A DNA stretch of 64,000 bases from Schmidtea polychroa (lineage: Eukaryota): positions 50,532,001 to 50,596,000 of the forward strand of contig CM097885.1 in NCBI GenBank assembly GCA_044892525.1, in the 5' to 3' direction. This document shows, piece after piece, positions 43,751 to 55,800 of this stretch. Position 1 is the stretch's first letter; every line of letters begins with the position of its first letter. The notes under the pieces were generated by a model, which was not told the DNA's origin, made no database searches, and saw only the letters and a program-made list of their open reading frames with translations. The position numbers were made by a program, and so were the translations under genes.

Positions 43751-43921
43751 TTATAATAAAAAGTATAAAAGCTGGCACGCATAATTATCATTATTATTTA
43801 ATTAATTAATTCGCCATTTAAATCGGGTGTTTTAATAATACCAGATTTAGGCAATAATTTGTATTTTGCTTTTTGTATTAAAAATAAATATTTCTAGATT
43901 AGTAACTGATTATTATTAACA
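43751..43921 (+). repeat. Gypsy 5' LTR, second part (TATAAAA at 43764-43770)
   Basis: Matches 49496-49666 with one mismatch; ends TTAACA. Confidence 0.93.
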
Positions 43922-45042
43922 TGGCGACCCTGGCAATGATCAATAAAATGATCCCAGATATTTACGATGGCAGCATCGATGTAGACGTTTTTATTGGAGA
44001 ATGCAAGAGGTATTTCCAATTATGTGGACTAGAACAATCCAGCCAAAGTATGATGATAAAATGTTTAATCGCAAGAGAGTTGTTGCCAATTTATGAAGCA
44101 ATAGAAGAAAATGAAATTTGTTTTGAAGACAGATTGAAAAAGGCTTTCAAGAAACCAACGACTTTGATAGGGGATTTTCTAACCCTCTGCAATTATGAAA
44201 AGAATGATGATACTGCTCCAGTATATTTCGAAAAAATAGAAAAGATGGTTGACCAAGTTCTGAAGCACAAATGGGACAAGAAAGAATTAATGTCGTATTT
44301 TTTGGTCCATTGTATCAAAGACAAGGATACACAGAAAGAAATAAAGATGAGAGATGCGATGAGCGTCGACGAAATAAAAGGAGTGATAAAGAAGGTCGAT
44401 GATATAAACATTGAAGTATCCGGAATTTCAGTTTTGAATAGAAGGAAGGAAACGTTTGCGAGTATTGTCAAGACGAGACAAGGATTTGCCGATAGACAGA
44501 ACCAAAGCAGAACTTTTACAAATTCACAACGAAGTGAACACAGATATGATTCAACACCGAGGATGAAAGCCCATAATTTCCAGAACAGATTCCAACAAAG
44601 ACAAATGCCGGTTAGAAGCAGACCAGTTATTACATGTTGGAATTGTCAGGAGGTGGGTCATATGAGTCGAGAATGTCGGAAACCAAGGGTTCAGAAATGC
44701 TTCCAATGTGGAAAAGAAGGGCACCAATCCAGAGAGTGCAATCAGAGATTACAGAATGCAGAGATGAGATGTTTTGTGTGTAAAGATATTGGACACAACA
44801 GAAGAGAATGCCCATCAATATCGTGCTCAGGATGCGGTAGAAGAGGCCACCTACGATTTCAATGCTGGAATCAGACAGACAGAAGAAGATACGCAGACGA
44901 GCGGGGACCACCGAGACGGACACAGGTAGCCGCGTTTCAGACTGATCAAGCCGAGAACGACGAAAAGATTTCATGCCAAGACGAAGACTACCCAAACCAA
45001 GAAGCTCCATCGTTGGGCGAGATGATCGGAGCAATGAATTAA
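43921..45042 (+). CDS. gag: Gag with four CCHC zinc knuckles (true start may be a downstream ATG)
   Basis: 373-aa ORF; PDIYDGS..F..EC.RYF N-terminus; CWNC..GH...C, CFQC..GH...C, CFVC..GH...C and CSGC..GH...C. Confidence 0.92.
   Translation: MATLAMINKMIPDIYDGSIDVDVFIGECKRYFQLCGLEQSSQSMMIKCLIARELLPIYEAIEENEICFEDRLKKAFKKPTTLIGDFLTLCNYEKNDDTAPVYFEKIEKMVDQVLKHKWDKKELMSYFLVHCIKDKDTQKEIKMRDAMSVDEIKGVIKKVDDINIEVSGISVLNRRKETFASIVKTRQGFADRQNQSRTFTNSQRSEHRYDSTPRMKAHNFQNRFQQRQMPVRSRPVITCWNCQEVGHMSRECRKPRVQKCFQCGKEGHQSRECNQRLQNAEMRCFVCKDIGHNRRECPSISCSGCGRRGHLRFQCWNQTDRRRYADERGPPRRTQVAAFQTDQAENDEKISCQDEDYPNQEAPSLGEMIGAMN
43922..43935 (+). promoter_or_regulatory. Primer-binding site, probably tRNA-Arg
   Basis: TGGCGACCCTGGCA directly after the LTR; TGGCGACC resembles the tRNA-Arg PBS of 412/mdg1-type Gypsy elements. 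Confidence 0.75.
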
Positions 45043-46070
45043 TGGGTAATAATGACGATTGTGTATGCCAGTATAATTGTATAAGTAAATATAAATATAT
45101 TAATAGTATTAGTAGCAAAGTGAATAGTATAATTCCTTTTGTAAATAATGTATATAATGTAGAAAATATTAATAATAACGTGAATAGTATAAGTCCTTTA
45201 GTAGATAATTTAAATAAAGTAAATAATAAAATGTTGGATGAGAATAATGTAATCAGAAATAATGGTAGCAGTAGAATTGTAGGAAATATCGATATAGTTG
45301 GAAAAAATAATGAGCTAGAAACAAATTTTAAAAAAGCGAATCAATGTGATATAATAGAAAGTGTAAAAAATAAAGTTACGGATATTCATGATGCAATTAT
45401 TTTAAATATGCCTAATGAAAACAATTTTGAAAAAATAAAAATTGATGACGATAATAAAAAAGAATGTAAAAATAATTGTACTCAGATTTTATCGATAGAT
45501 GATGTAAAAAAATTAAAAAAACCAGAAAATATGATTTATGTACATAATGAAAAGGATAAAATATTTGATACATGTGACTGTAAAATACAATATAGAAGTG
45601 AAACATATTTGAAGAAGGATGAGTATAATATTGTTTATGATAAAATGGGTGGACGTCCAAGTGTAATAATAGGCATAAATAATTACTTTAAGAATTGTTT
45701 GTTGGATACAGGAGCTAGAATGAATGTGATTGATAGTTCGATTATAAAGGAGATCGGAAATCCAGTTTTAAACGAACACGGAGACAAAATCTGGTGCGCA
45801 AATGGTAGTCCATTAAAAACTTTGGGAAGAATCAAGCTTAGAATAAATATAGGAAGTAGAGAAGAAAATATTGTTTTTGTAGTAGTTGAAAATGTATCTC
45901 CATCGATAATTGGAAGAATCGATTTATTACGTAGGTTTGACATAAAACTAATGAAAGTTATCGGAAATAACATCGAAAATGCAAGCGAATATAATAATAT
46001 GGAAATATGCAACATTGAAGCCAAATTTGGGAAAGAACGAGTGATGAACTTCGATTTAAAAGAGCAATAG
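44973..46070 (+). CDS. pol: Pol N-terminal part: Asn-rich spacer and aspartic protease (-1 frame relative to gag)
   Basis: CLLDTGARMNVI and IIGRIDLL motifs; an apparent frameshift lesion near 46030 separates it from RT. Confidence 0.85.
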   Translation: MPRRRLPKPRSSIVGRDDRSNELMGNNDDCVCQYNCISKYKYINSISSKVNSIIPFVNNVYNVENINNNVNSISPLVDNLNKVNNKMLDENNVIRNNGSSRIVGNIDIVGKNNELETNFKKANQCDIIESVKNKVTDIHDAIILNMPNENNFEKIKIDDDNKKECKNNCTQILSIDDVKKLKKPENMIYVHNEKDKIFDTCDCKIQYRSETYLKKDEYNIVYDKMGGRPSVIIGINNYFKNCLLDTGARMNVIDSSIIKEIGNPVLNEHGDKIWCANGSPLKTLGRIKLRINIGSREENIVFVVVENVSPSIIGRIDLLRRFDIKLMKVIGNNIENASEYNNMEICNIEAKFGKERVMNFDLKEQ

Positions 46071-46135
46071 AATTAATAGGATTAAGGTGTGACAACAAAC
46101 TTTATGGAGTAATAAAAAAAAATGCCGAAGTATTT

Positions 46136-47164
46136 ATGATAGATAAGTGGGATATAGGCAAAACCAATCTATTAAAGCATGATATTAAAACTGTTGAAGG
46201 ACCAATCCATTTGAACCCAAGAAGACAGCCAGCCCACCTAGAAGAAAAGATTGAAGAAGCTATTAAAAATTTGGAAGAAAACGGCATAATTAGGAAGTGT
46301 GACTCACCGTGGAATACGCCGTTAGTATGTGTCTGGAAAAAGGAGAAAAATGATATTCGATTATGTTTAGATTTTAGAAGTTTAAATAAAATGACAGAAA
46401 GACAAATCTTCCCAATGCCTAATATCGAACAGATGTTAGATTCATTAAATGGATCAATGTACTTTAGCACCATTGATCTGGGAAGCGCGTACTATCAGGT
46501 TGAATTGACAGCAAATTCGCAAGAAAAGACAGCGTTCTCAACAAGATCTGGGCAGTTCTGCTTTAATAGGATGCCATTTGGGATTGCTGCTGCTCCAGCT
46601 ACATTCCAAAAATTAATGAATATGGTTTTAGTAAAATTATTATGGAAAATTGCTATAGTGTATTTAGATGATATTTTAATATTCTCAAAAGACAAAGAAG
46701 ATCATATAAAAAGAATAAATGAAGTATTAGAAAAAATAAAAGAAGCAGGATTGAGAATAAATCCTGAAAAATGCAAATTTTTGGTGAAGGAAACAAAATT
46801 TCTTGGTCACATTATAACTTGCGAAGGTGTTAAAGTCGATGAAGCTAAAATAGAAGCAATAAAAGGGTTTCAAAGACCAAAATGTTTAAAGCAATTGAGG
46901 AGTTTCTTAGGACTGTGTAATTATTACAGAAAATTTATAAAAAATTATTCAAAATTCACAAGAATATTAGAATTGATGTGCGGAAACAATAAAGACAAGT
47001 TAGTTTGGTCACAAGAATGTCAAGAAAGTTTTGAGGAATTGAAGAAAGCACTATCAACTACACCAGTTCTAATATATCTTGATTATGAGAAAGAATTTAT
47101 TTTGGATACGGATGCCAGTTTCGACACTATAGGAGCTGTTTTGTCACAGATTGATGATCTAGGT
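46136..47164 (+). CDS. pol: Pol reverse transcriptase and start of RNase H
   Basis: RLCLDFRSLN, IDLGSAYYQV, RMPFGI, VYLDDILI, LDTDAS..IGAVLSQ; cut by the hAT insertion. Confidence 0.95.
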
Positions 47165-47933
47165 CAGTGGTACGCAAACTTTTTACCTCCCGGCACAAAA
47201 TAGAAAAAAAAAGTCAAGGCACAAATAGAAAGAATGTATCTTTTATATAGAATTTTTTTAATAAAATGAAATTACATGTATATATTTTATTTAATGGGAT
47301 GAGTGCGCTTGTTTTTTGCCGCAAATAAATTTTATACGTGGTTCGATTTTTGTTAAACAAACTCGCAGCTCATCATCCAACATTAGCAATCGCTCTCTCT
47401 TTTTAGATTTAATCTCTGTGAGTGCAGAGAATCCGAATTCGCACAGATATGAGGATCCAAATGGCAGCAGAGATTTGATGGCTTTTAAACTTAAATCAGG
47501 ATAATGACTTTTTACGAAAATCCAAAATTCTGGCAAGTCCTTCTCAGCAAGCGCAGCTTTCAAAACTACATCATTTTTCAATTCAATGAGTTTTTCTTCT
47601 TCTGCCAAAGACAGAGACACATCATTGTGGCATATGAATGGAATTATCACCCAACCATATTGTGAAGTATCAAGCGACGGAAAATATTTGGAGAAAGATG
47701 AAAAAAGATTTTGCAATGTTTCATAGATTTGGTTCATTATTTTGCTCTGATTTTGAGAAGCATGGACACCTGGCAAAAATTCAATGTTATTTTTTTTTGT
47801 CTGTCTGATCCAAAGCTGCAGTTTTTCATCGAATGCTTTGAGTTTTCGTACTAAATATTTTCGCATTAGCAGCACATTTTAAATTCTTTTACGGCACACT
47901 AATATGCCGCGGCACATAGTTTGCGTACCACTG
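47165..47933 (-). mobile_element. Internally deleted Buster/Charlie hAT transposon inserted in Gypsy RNase H
   Basis: TIRs CAGTGGTACGCAAACT/AGTTTGCGTACCACTG; TSD ATCTAGGT/ATTTAGGT. ORF 47291-47875 has the hAT dimerization motif LLPFGSSYLCEFGFSALTEIKSKKRERL. Confidence 0.93.
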
Positions 47934-49453
47934 ATTTAGGTAATGAACGTGTTATTGCCTATGGTTCACATACGATGAGTAAACATGAAATAGGATACTG
48001 TATCACGAGAAAGGAACTTTTAGCAATTTATTACTTTGCACAGCATTTTAAGCACTATCTTTACGGCAAGCGATTCCAGCTAAGAACGGATCACAAGGCT
48101 ATAACATTTATGATGACAACAAAAAAACCTATAACGGCACAATTTCAGACATGGATAAACTTCTTGAGTAGTTTAGATATGGATATTAAATATCGAAAAG
48201 GAATTGACCATTCGAACGCTGACGCATTATCGAGAGATAAATGTGGGAAATGTACACAGTGTATGGAAATCCATGAAGATGCCAAGACAGAGAAAGTAAA
48301 AACCAGATTGTTGGCAATGACAGCCACTAAACATGGATTGCAATGGCAAAAAGGTAATGAAGAGATAGAACATATGAGAAAAGCAATAGATAAAAATGAG
48401 ACTACAAGATTTAAAATCATCGAAGATTTAATTTTAACAAGAGAAAATAAAATTTGGATTCCAAAAGTAAATAGAATAGAATTTGTCAAAGAGATGCACA
48501 AAATGTTGTGTCACGCTGGATGCAAGAAGGTGATCGATTATATAAAAGTTAATTACGATATGGAGGAATTAAATACAATCGCGACTCAATATATTCAAAG
48601 TTGTGAAATATGCCAGAAACGAAAAACATTGACAACAAAAACAAAAGAACTAATTGTAAAAACACAAGTGGCGGAACCGTTTGAGGTTATAGCGATAGAT
48701 TTTTGTGGACCTTTGCAGGCAAACATTCATGGAAAGAAATATATTTTGGGAATTATAGATATGTGTAGTCGATACATTTCGTTGACAGCAGTAGCAAAGC
48801 AGGACGAAAAAACTACAGCGGATACTATTGTGAAATTCTGGATATTAAAATACGGGGCACCGAGAATTATTCATGTTGATTGTGGAAAAACATTTGAGTC
48901 TAACTTGATAAAAGAGTTGGCTAAGAATCACAATATACAGCTACAATTTTCTAGCCCTTATCATCATAACACTAATGGTTTGATTGAAAGACAATTTCGA
49001 ACAATACGAGATTTTATCAGTACATCATTAAGAGATAAACTTAAGAGAAATTGGGTTGAAGTGTTACCTGAAATTGAGTTTACTTTAAATGCTACCATTC
49101 AAAGCACAACTGGAAAGAGTCCATCAGATGCAGTTTTTGGTTTTCGGATATCTAGAGAATGGAACAATAATAAAAAAATATACAACGATAGAAGTAAAAT
49201 AGTGGAGGAAGTGCAATCAAAACAAAGAAATTTAAATTATAAAAATGAAAACCGAATACACCGAGAATTCGATATAAATGAAGAAGTTTTAGTTAAAGTA
49301 GATTTGAGAAAAAAAGAGGAGGACCGATATACAGGACCTTTCGTAATTGTTAGAAAGATCCATGCAAATAGTTATGAATTACGAGACAGAGATGGGAAAA
49401 TTATAATCCGCAACGTTGAATGGATAAAACCTTTTAGACAGGGGAGATGTTAG
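47934..49453 (+). CDS. pol: Pol: rest of RNase H and integrase
   Basis: RKELLAI, RTDHKAI, NADALSR; HHCC (MHKMLCHAG..CEIC); DDE (IAIDFCGP, HVDCG, NGLIER); GPF motif. Confidence 0.95.
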
Positions 49454-49666
49454 GGATATTAAAATAATTAATTTATAAATAAAATATATATTATATTATA
49501 ATAAAAAGTATAAAAGCTGGCACGCATAATTATCATTATTATTTAATTAATTAATTCGCCATTTAAATCGGGTGTTTTAATAATACCAGATTTGGGCAAT
49601 AATTTGTATTTTGCTTTTTGTATTAAAAATAAATATTTCTAGATTAGTAACTGATTATTATTAACA
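49448..49666 (+). repeat. Gypsy 3' LTR (219 bp), preceded by the polypurine tract AGACAGGGGAGA
   Basis: TGTTAG...TTAACA; two differences from the reconstructed 5' LTR. Confidence 0.95.
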
Positions 49667-49847
49667 GTCTTTTTTAGAATTCATATTCGAATTAATCATG
49701 TTTTAAATTTAAAAAATTGTTTCTAAGTTTACTTGAATCGTAAAAACGAGTTATATTTATTTAAATGAATTTATTGTGGCCCGTGATAGTATTTTTCCGA
49801 AAATTTGGCCCTTCGATTGATTTGTGTTGGCCACCACTGGGCTAAAA

Positions 49848-50286
49848 AATAAAAGAAATCTTCACAGATCAAAAATGAGTAAAATGAAATTTTAGATTAA
49901 TAGTTATAATAGATTATAATAGTTAATTGTATACACTTACTTGACAATTAAATAACTTAAGTTACAGAAAATAATTAATTTTCACTGTTGAATCAAATAT
50001 GGTAACCAATTAAGGTAATTCCTATGTAGAAACTATGCACTTTTTTTCCACCAACAGAAAATTTAAATTTCATTAGATCGTTCGAAATTTAATTGCACCA
50101 GAATATTATATTTCACATCTAAAGTATTTTTAAATTAATTAAAATAAGTACAAAAATAATTTGTAAAAACAACAAATTTTAAACACTTCAAGAAAAAAAC
50201 GGACAAAATCTTTGCAAAAACTTACAACGGACAAATGATGAAAAAAACGGACTGTCCGTTGAAAATAGTTACATCTGGTCACCCTA
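49848..50286 (-). mobile_element. 5' end of the Blackjack-like hAT element whose ORF is at 28755-29204
   Basis: Terminus TAGGGTGACCAGAT (reverse strand) with CGGAC subterminal repeats. It becomes contiguous with the ATG once nested insertions are removed; the opposite TIR was not found. Confidence 0.65.
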
Positions 50287-51299
50287 TTTATATAAGATCA
50301 TAGAAAATAATGTCTGGTTTTTGCTTCTATGTAGCCAATGAAAACTGTTTCCATAGGCTCCGAAGATTCATCACACACAAAAAACAACGGCCCAGTCCTA
50401 TGAATCAGTAAAGATATCGATTTTTTGAAAAATTACTTGAAAAAGGCAGTGCCGAAAATTCGTGAATATTAAAAAAAACATCGATTAAATACACTTAAAC
50501 TAATTCTTATTTTCAATTTATAATAGAAATATTAAAAAAATTTTAATAATATTAAATAAATATTTTTTAAAAATCCAAAAAATTGCAAAACTATGTAGAA
50601 AAATCTTGATTTTCACAACAGAATTTATCATAAATCATTGGAAAGTTCACATTTTGAAATTCCGTGATTTTCTGTTAGTATTTAAAATGATTTTCGGCGC
50701 GATGCTGTGGTACAGTGGTTCCTAAATGCCAGAAATTTGTAAGGAATTATGAATCAGTTGTCTGTCACTTATCAAGAAAAATCTGATATCTGTTAAATCT
50801 ATTTTATTATTATTTTCGTTAAAATTTGTTCGTTTTATAAATTTGTTTTTTACAGATTTTTCAATACACCTGCTGAGGTAAATTAATTGATGTAAAATTA
50901 TTTTAAATATTATTGGTAATCGGATATATTTTTATTACAATTTTATTACCCAGCTTATTCTTTTATCATATTTAAGAGAATTCCGGAAAGTTGTGTGAAT
51001 GCGTTTTAAAAGTAGTAGTAGTTACATACCTGAGAAAACGTGACTGGAATAAAAATGTTAGAACATAAATTATTAAACCTACAGTTTTCGGTTTTCATTA
51101 ACTTCATCTTTATAAATTATAATTATTAGACATTATTCACACCATTTAATATGTCAATATCGATTTAATTTTTTATATTCTTTAAACATAAAATTTCGAT
51201 AGCGGAATTATTTATAAAAATATAATTCAAGTAAATAATTAGGCAAGTCGTTTCCCTATTGTATAACAAATAAAATATTTCGACCTAAAATAGATTCTG

Positions 51300-52803
51300 T
51301 TTCCACACATGACCTTTTCACATTTTGTACATGAAACATTGATTCTGTTTTACAGTAACCTATTTAACAACTTTTGCGTATTTGAGAAGTGGTGTTCCAA
51401 GTCTAATGTGAAATTGGTAGTATTTGGTGCGGTTTATTATACCTGTTGGTAATTGGTTCATAAGCCAATTGAAATAAAAAGTCTTTTTTGACACATTGAG
51501 TTCAGTACATTCTTTAAAAAGTATCCGTGCAATTTTGGAAATGTTGAAAACTGAAAAATTGCTCGTCTCTTCCTCGAATCAGTAGTTGAGAAAAGATGAA
51601 TCATATCCAAAGCATTTTAGATCCGATGACCATGCTAGAAATTTTTTTCGTCCTCCCACTGCTAATATACGCACATCATCGGCCCACGGCCAATTCACAA
51701 AGAATGTCACCCCAAAATATAAAAATAATAAGAAACCTATAACCACCGTAATTGAAAGTAAGAGAATGCCTATCGTAAATTACCTCATCAAACCCCCATA
51801 CTGTGAATCAAAACCAACTGTTAAAATTTGGGAACCTAAAACCTCAATATATATTAATCTACCCAGACCACACTACATAATACCAATCCCTAAAAATCCC
51901 TTACTGACCTAGAAATCTTTCAACGTAGAACAAATAAAATTAGACATAATATGCGATTTGAAATTGTCATCTCAAATACTAGATTTATAGTAGATGATAA
52001 TTCTATTCAAAAGGAGGAACCTGCTAACGAGGGAACAATACGACCGAATACTACTTTAACCATTAATGAAAACTCAAAAATATTACCTGAGCCTGTTACT
52101 GTTGATAATACAAAGTCGATAATGGTGGATGATATCTCTATTAAGATAATAGATATTTATGATAATAGACTAAATGTGAATTATGTAAATGACCAAAAAT
52201 ATGAGGAAACCTTAACTATGATGGTATACTGCAATCCAAGTAATGTAATTAATATTAAAGAACTACCTAAACCAAATATGAATGATAAAAGGATAGAGGT
52301 TAAGACAACAAGAAATATATTTAACGATGTACTAACGATGATTTATCCAAACTAGAATACTCTCAATATTTTGATAATGAAATTACTAATGCGATTTATG
52401 GTAATTTCCTTGAAAAGAGTTTAAAAATCCGAAGAATAGCTATTCGTAATCTAAGGAATAGTAAAAGAAGTGAGGATTCTAACGCCAATGAAATAGATGA
52501 AGAAAAAGAATACAGAAACTTTTTCTTTGAAATTATTTTTACTAATTATAGTGTACAAGCCCTTGAATACGATAAATACTTACCATCTGAAGGTGATCGG
52601 ATTGTATGCCAAACCTTTTTACAACAAAGGGACAGAATAAAATTGGCTATCAATAACTTAAGCGATATTAATAGGATTAAAAAATTTGAACCAATACCTG
52701 AACTAAATCATACTATACCACAAACACTACCTTCCATCACACCAGAACCTAATACCAAAAAGGCTAAAACTAATAAAAAGAAGAAGAAAAGAAAACGTAA
52801 TTA
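51300..52803 (+). pseudogene. Decayed intronless ORF(s) of unknown family ending in a Lys-rich NLS-like tail
   Basis: Consecutive frames 51586-51912, 51951-52355 and about 52350-52803 (..KKAKTNKKKKKRKRN*); codon-like composition; no domain recognised. Confidence 0.4.
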
Positions 52804-55800
52804 AGTAATAATAATACATATTATCAGTAGGTAATTGTAGGAATCCTTGTAGGGATTCCGCCTAACTGATAATAATTTTTAGTTGTTCTTATTATTACTA
52901 TAACACTGTCCTGAAATAACCCTTCTAATATATATTATAATAAAGTATAAATCTATAAACGCTACAAAATTAACAAATAGAGTCTTCCTACTCCAATTAA
53001 TACCCTTCTAGATAATCATATGCTGATGAACAAGTGTAACCAATTAGCGCCAAATAATTGAATGAGCCTTTCCAATGTCCGGAGTTTCATGACGCCCATG
53101 GCTTGCCATGATTATCCGTTATTCTGCCCGATTGAAGCCTTCCGGAGAAACCACGTTTGATGCGAGAGTTTTTAACTCTATCATCCTAAGATTAAAGAAT
53201 AAAATCTACAGTTTACATAAGGGTGAGAATCAATCTCCTCTTCGGCAAGATGCCAGTACGATTGAATAAAATAAAATTTGATTTTTTTATATATAATAAA
53301 GGTTTAATAAATACTGAGTAAATAAATTTTCAATATTAATGTATATACACATGCATAATAAGTATTTTATATTAATTGGTTTTCGTTATAATATAAGTTT
53401 GGTTAAGCATTGTATAGCTGTGCATCTTAATTTGACTCTTCAAGACCAATTCCATTCCTGCAAGTACATAATTAATGGGAGTGGTGGATTCTTTTGGCAC
53501 CAGGGGTGCAAAATTTCAATCTCGCCCCTGGTGCCATTTTCCCTAGCTACGGATCTGAGCAGAAGGAAGCTGAATCATGGCAAAGAAAAGTCTAAATTTG
53601 TAAAATGTAAGGAGAAATTGAGTTTAAGTACAATAACAAGATGATTGGAAATGGTACTAAAGAAACAAATATTTTAGTAAATTTTTGACTGACTGGTCGA
53701 AGAATATACGGTTTCTCTAAATTGAAATTAATGTGACTAAACATCCTAACAAGATCTTGGGAATAAAACAATTTTAATTATGGGTCTTAATCTAAAACAG
53801 ATCAAGGGAAGAGTGGGGTTAATGTTAATATTATAAATTTAAATGTTACGCAAAGTTTCTATTTTAGTGCTTGTGTCCATTTTGAATTATGTTAATAGAT
53901 CATCATTTTAATTAGTCAATAAAAAGTTTTTATTGGTGAATTTGGCATTAAAAAACAAATGTAACTGAAAAATTATTTACCCATTAATTAGGGCAATTTT
54001 TCTTCAAATTAACATTGATTTCACAAGTCAAAGGGCCAAAATTTGTTTTACATTGATATTAATTTATAATAATTCCATTTAAACAAAAAAAATTTAAAAT
54101 ATTTCATTAAAACAAAAATTAAATTTTTATTTATTTAAACGAAAATCTAATAAAGTGGAATTTTTGCAGCATAAAAGTTTTGAAATCTCTTTGGGCAATG
54201 ATCTCACGTCTTTTTACTACGACTAATAAAATTTGCAACAATTCTACACTGGGAGCTTTTATCATATATATTGATAGAAAACAGTATATACTTGATTAAA
54301 AATTTTAAAAAAGTAGTATAGAAAATTTTTTTAATAGAAAAAGAAAATATTTTCTTGGAAAATATAATTTGAAATAAAAATAATTAATCAATGATGAAGC
54401 GGATAAAAGATTTTACTGATCAATGTTTGAAGATCAAAGTTTCAAAACAAAACATTCAATAATTTTTTTATCTGTTTATAAAAGTTGAATTACTTTCACG
54501 GATCAAATAATTTTATTATAATTAATTTGTAATTAATAAATTTTGTGAAACTTCTTTCATTTTTATTTGATCAGTGAAGTCGACAGAAATAACATCAAAT
54601 GATGCCAAAATTTTGACTAGGTTTGAGATGCCATACTAATCATGGTACGATTCTGGATGAGAGTTTTGATGGAAATATGTACAGATTATTCATAAAAATA
54701 ATTGGTTTTGCCAATGACTAAACATCATTGGTACCTGCTGTTCAAGGGCGATCACATCGGGAGATTCTGTGTTGTATTTCATTTTGATATTGATAAAATG
54801 TTATTAATAATTTGATATTTTTGCAAGTGCAAGTGCAATTTTTAATCAGTTTAAATTCAATAGAAAATCTGATATCTTTGGTGGTCCTCCGTATTTTTTT
54901 AGTCATGTATCGGTTTCTTTTTTACATGAAAATAATTAGACCTCCTTTTCAACTTAATTTAAAACTATTATCGCAAAAATTAATGAAATATTAATTAAAC
55001 AATATAGGGGATGTCAATAATTAATTTTCTTTAGGGTTACTGCTTATATATAAGTAATTATTAAAAGTTTTTGGGTATATTATCGATTGACTTCAAAAAG
55101 GAGTTATTAAATTATAGACAGTTATCGATTAATGTCAAAGGAAGAAATCCATTAAAATTGGGTTTTATGGATTTATTTAGGGTTAATGGTATATCGGTTG
55201 ATTTCAAATGAGAGAAATTCATTAAATTATGGGAGAAAATATCGAATGATGTCAAATTATTTTAAGTAATTTCAAGGATATTTCAATAAATATCAGGCTT
55301 TTTAGAAGATTTTATTCTGTGGGATAATAGTCAGATGATTTTGAGGCAGTATTAACGAATTTATTAGAGCTGAACAAGATCATTTTAGAAATCTTTTTGT
55401 CTAGTATATTTTTTTAATATTTTATTTGACGAAAAGATGGTAGAATTTCTATGAATAGGGCAATCTTTTATACAGGACTGGTTAGGTATCAATTTTAATT
55501 TCATTAACAGTTTCAACTTTTGATAGCTGAATTTGGGAACAATCAAGCAACTATTTCAACTTTTTATACATAAATTGAAGGGCTAATGACTGGTTAGGAA
55601 GAATTCGTTAACAAATCAAAGTTTTTAGGATAATATTTTGTTACATATTACAATTTAAGCTTTTTCTATAGAAATTTGATGACATTAATGAAATAATTTG
55701 TTATAATTTAAATATCGATTGATGTCAAAATATGTTATTTTTATCATAATTCATGATAATTTAATAGGAGATTTTATTGTTCAATACCAATGAAGATGTA

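Larger units (their letters stand above)
29298..49666 (+). mobile_element. Ty3/Gypsy LTR retrotransposon, full length but interrupted twice
   Basis: TGT...ACA LTRs, 5-bp TSD GTCTT (29293-29297, 49667-49671), PBS, PPT and gag-PR-RT-RH-IN order. Confidence 0.96.
29217..49839. mobile_element. Charlie-like hAT MITE (pieces 29217-29297 and 49667-49839) split by the Gypsy insertion
   Basis: CAGCCACGGCCAAC ... GTTGGCCACCACTG imperfect TIRs, GGCCC subterminal motifs and TSD TGCTAAAA/GGCTAAAA (7/8). Confidence 0.75.

Noticed and set aside
44193..48501. Antisense ORFs over gag and pol (and over RRP5 at 57994-62328)
   Set aside because: They are shadow frames of real coding sequence, with no independent motifs.
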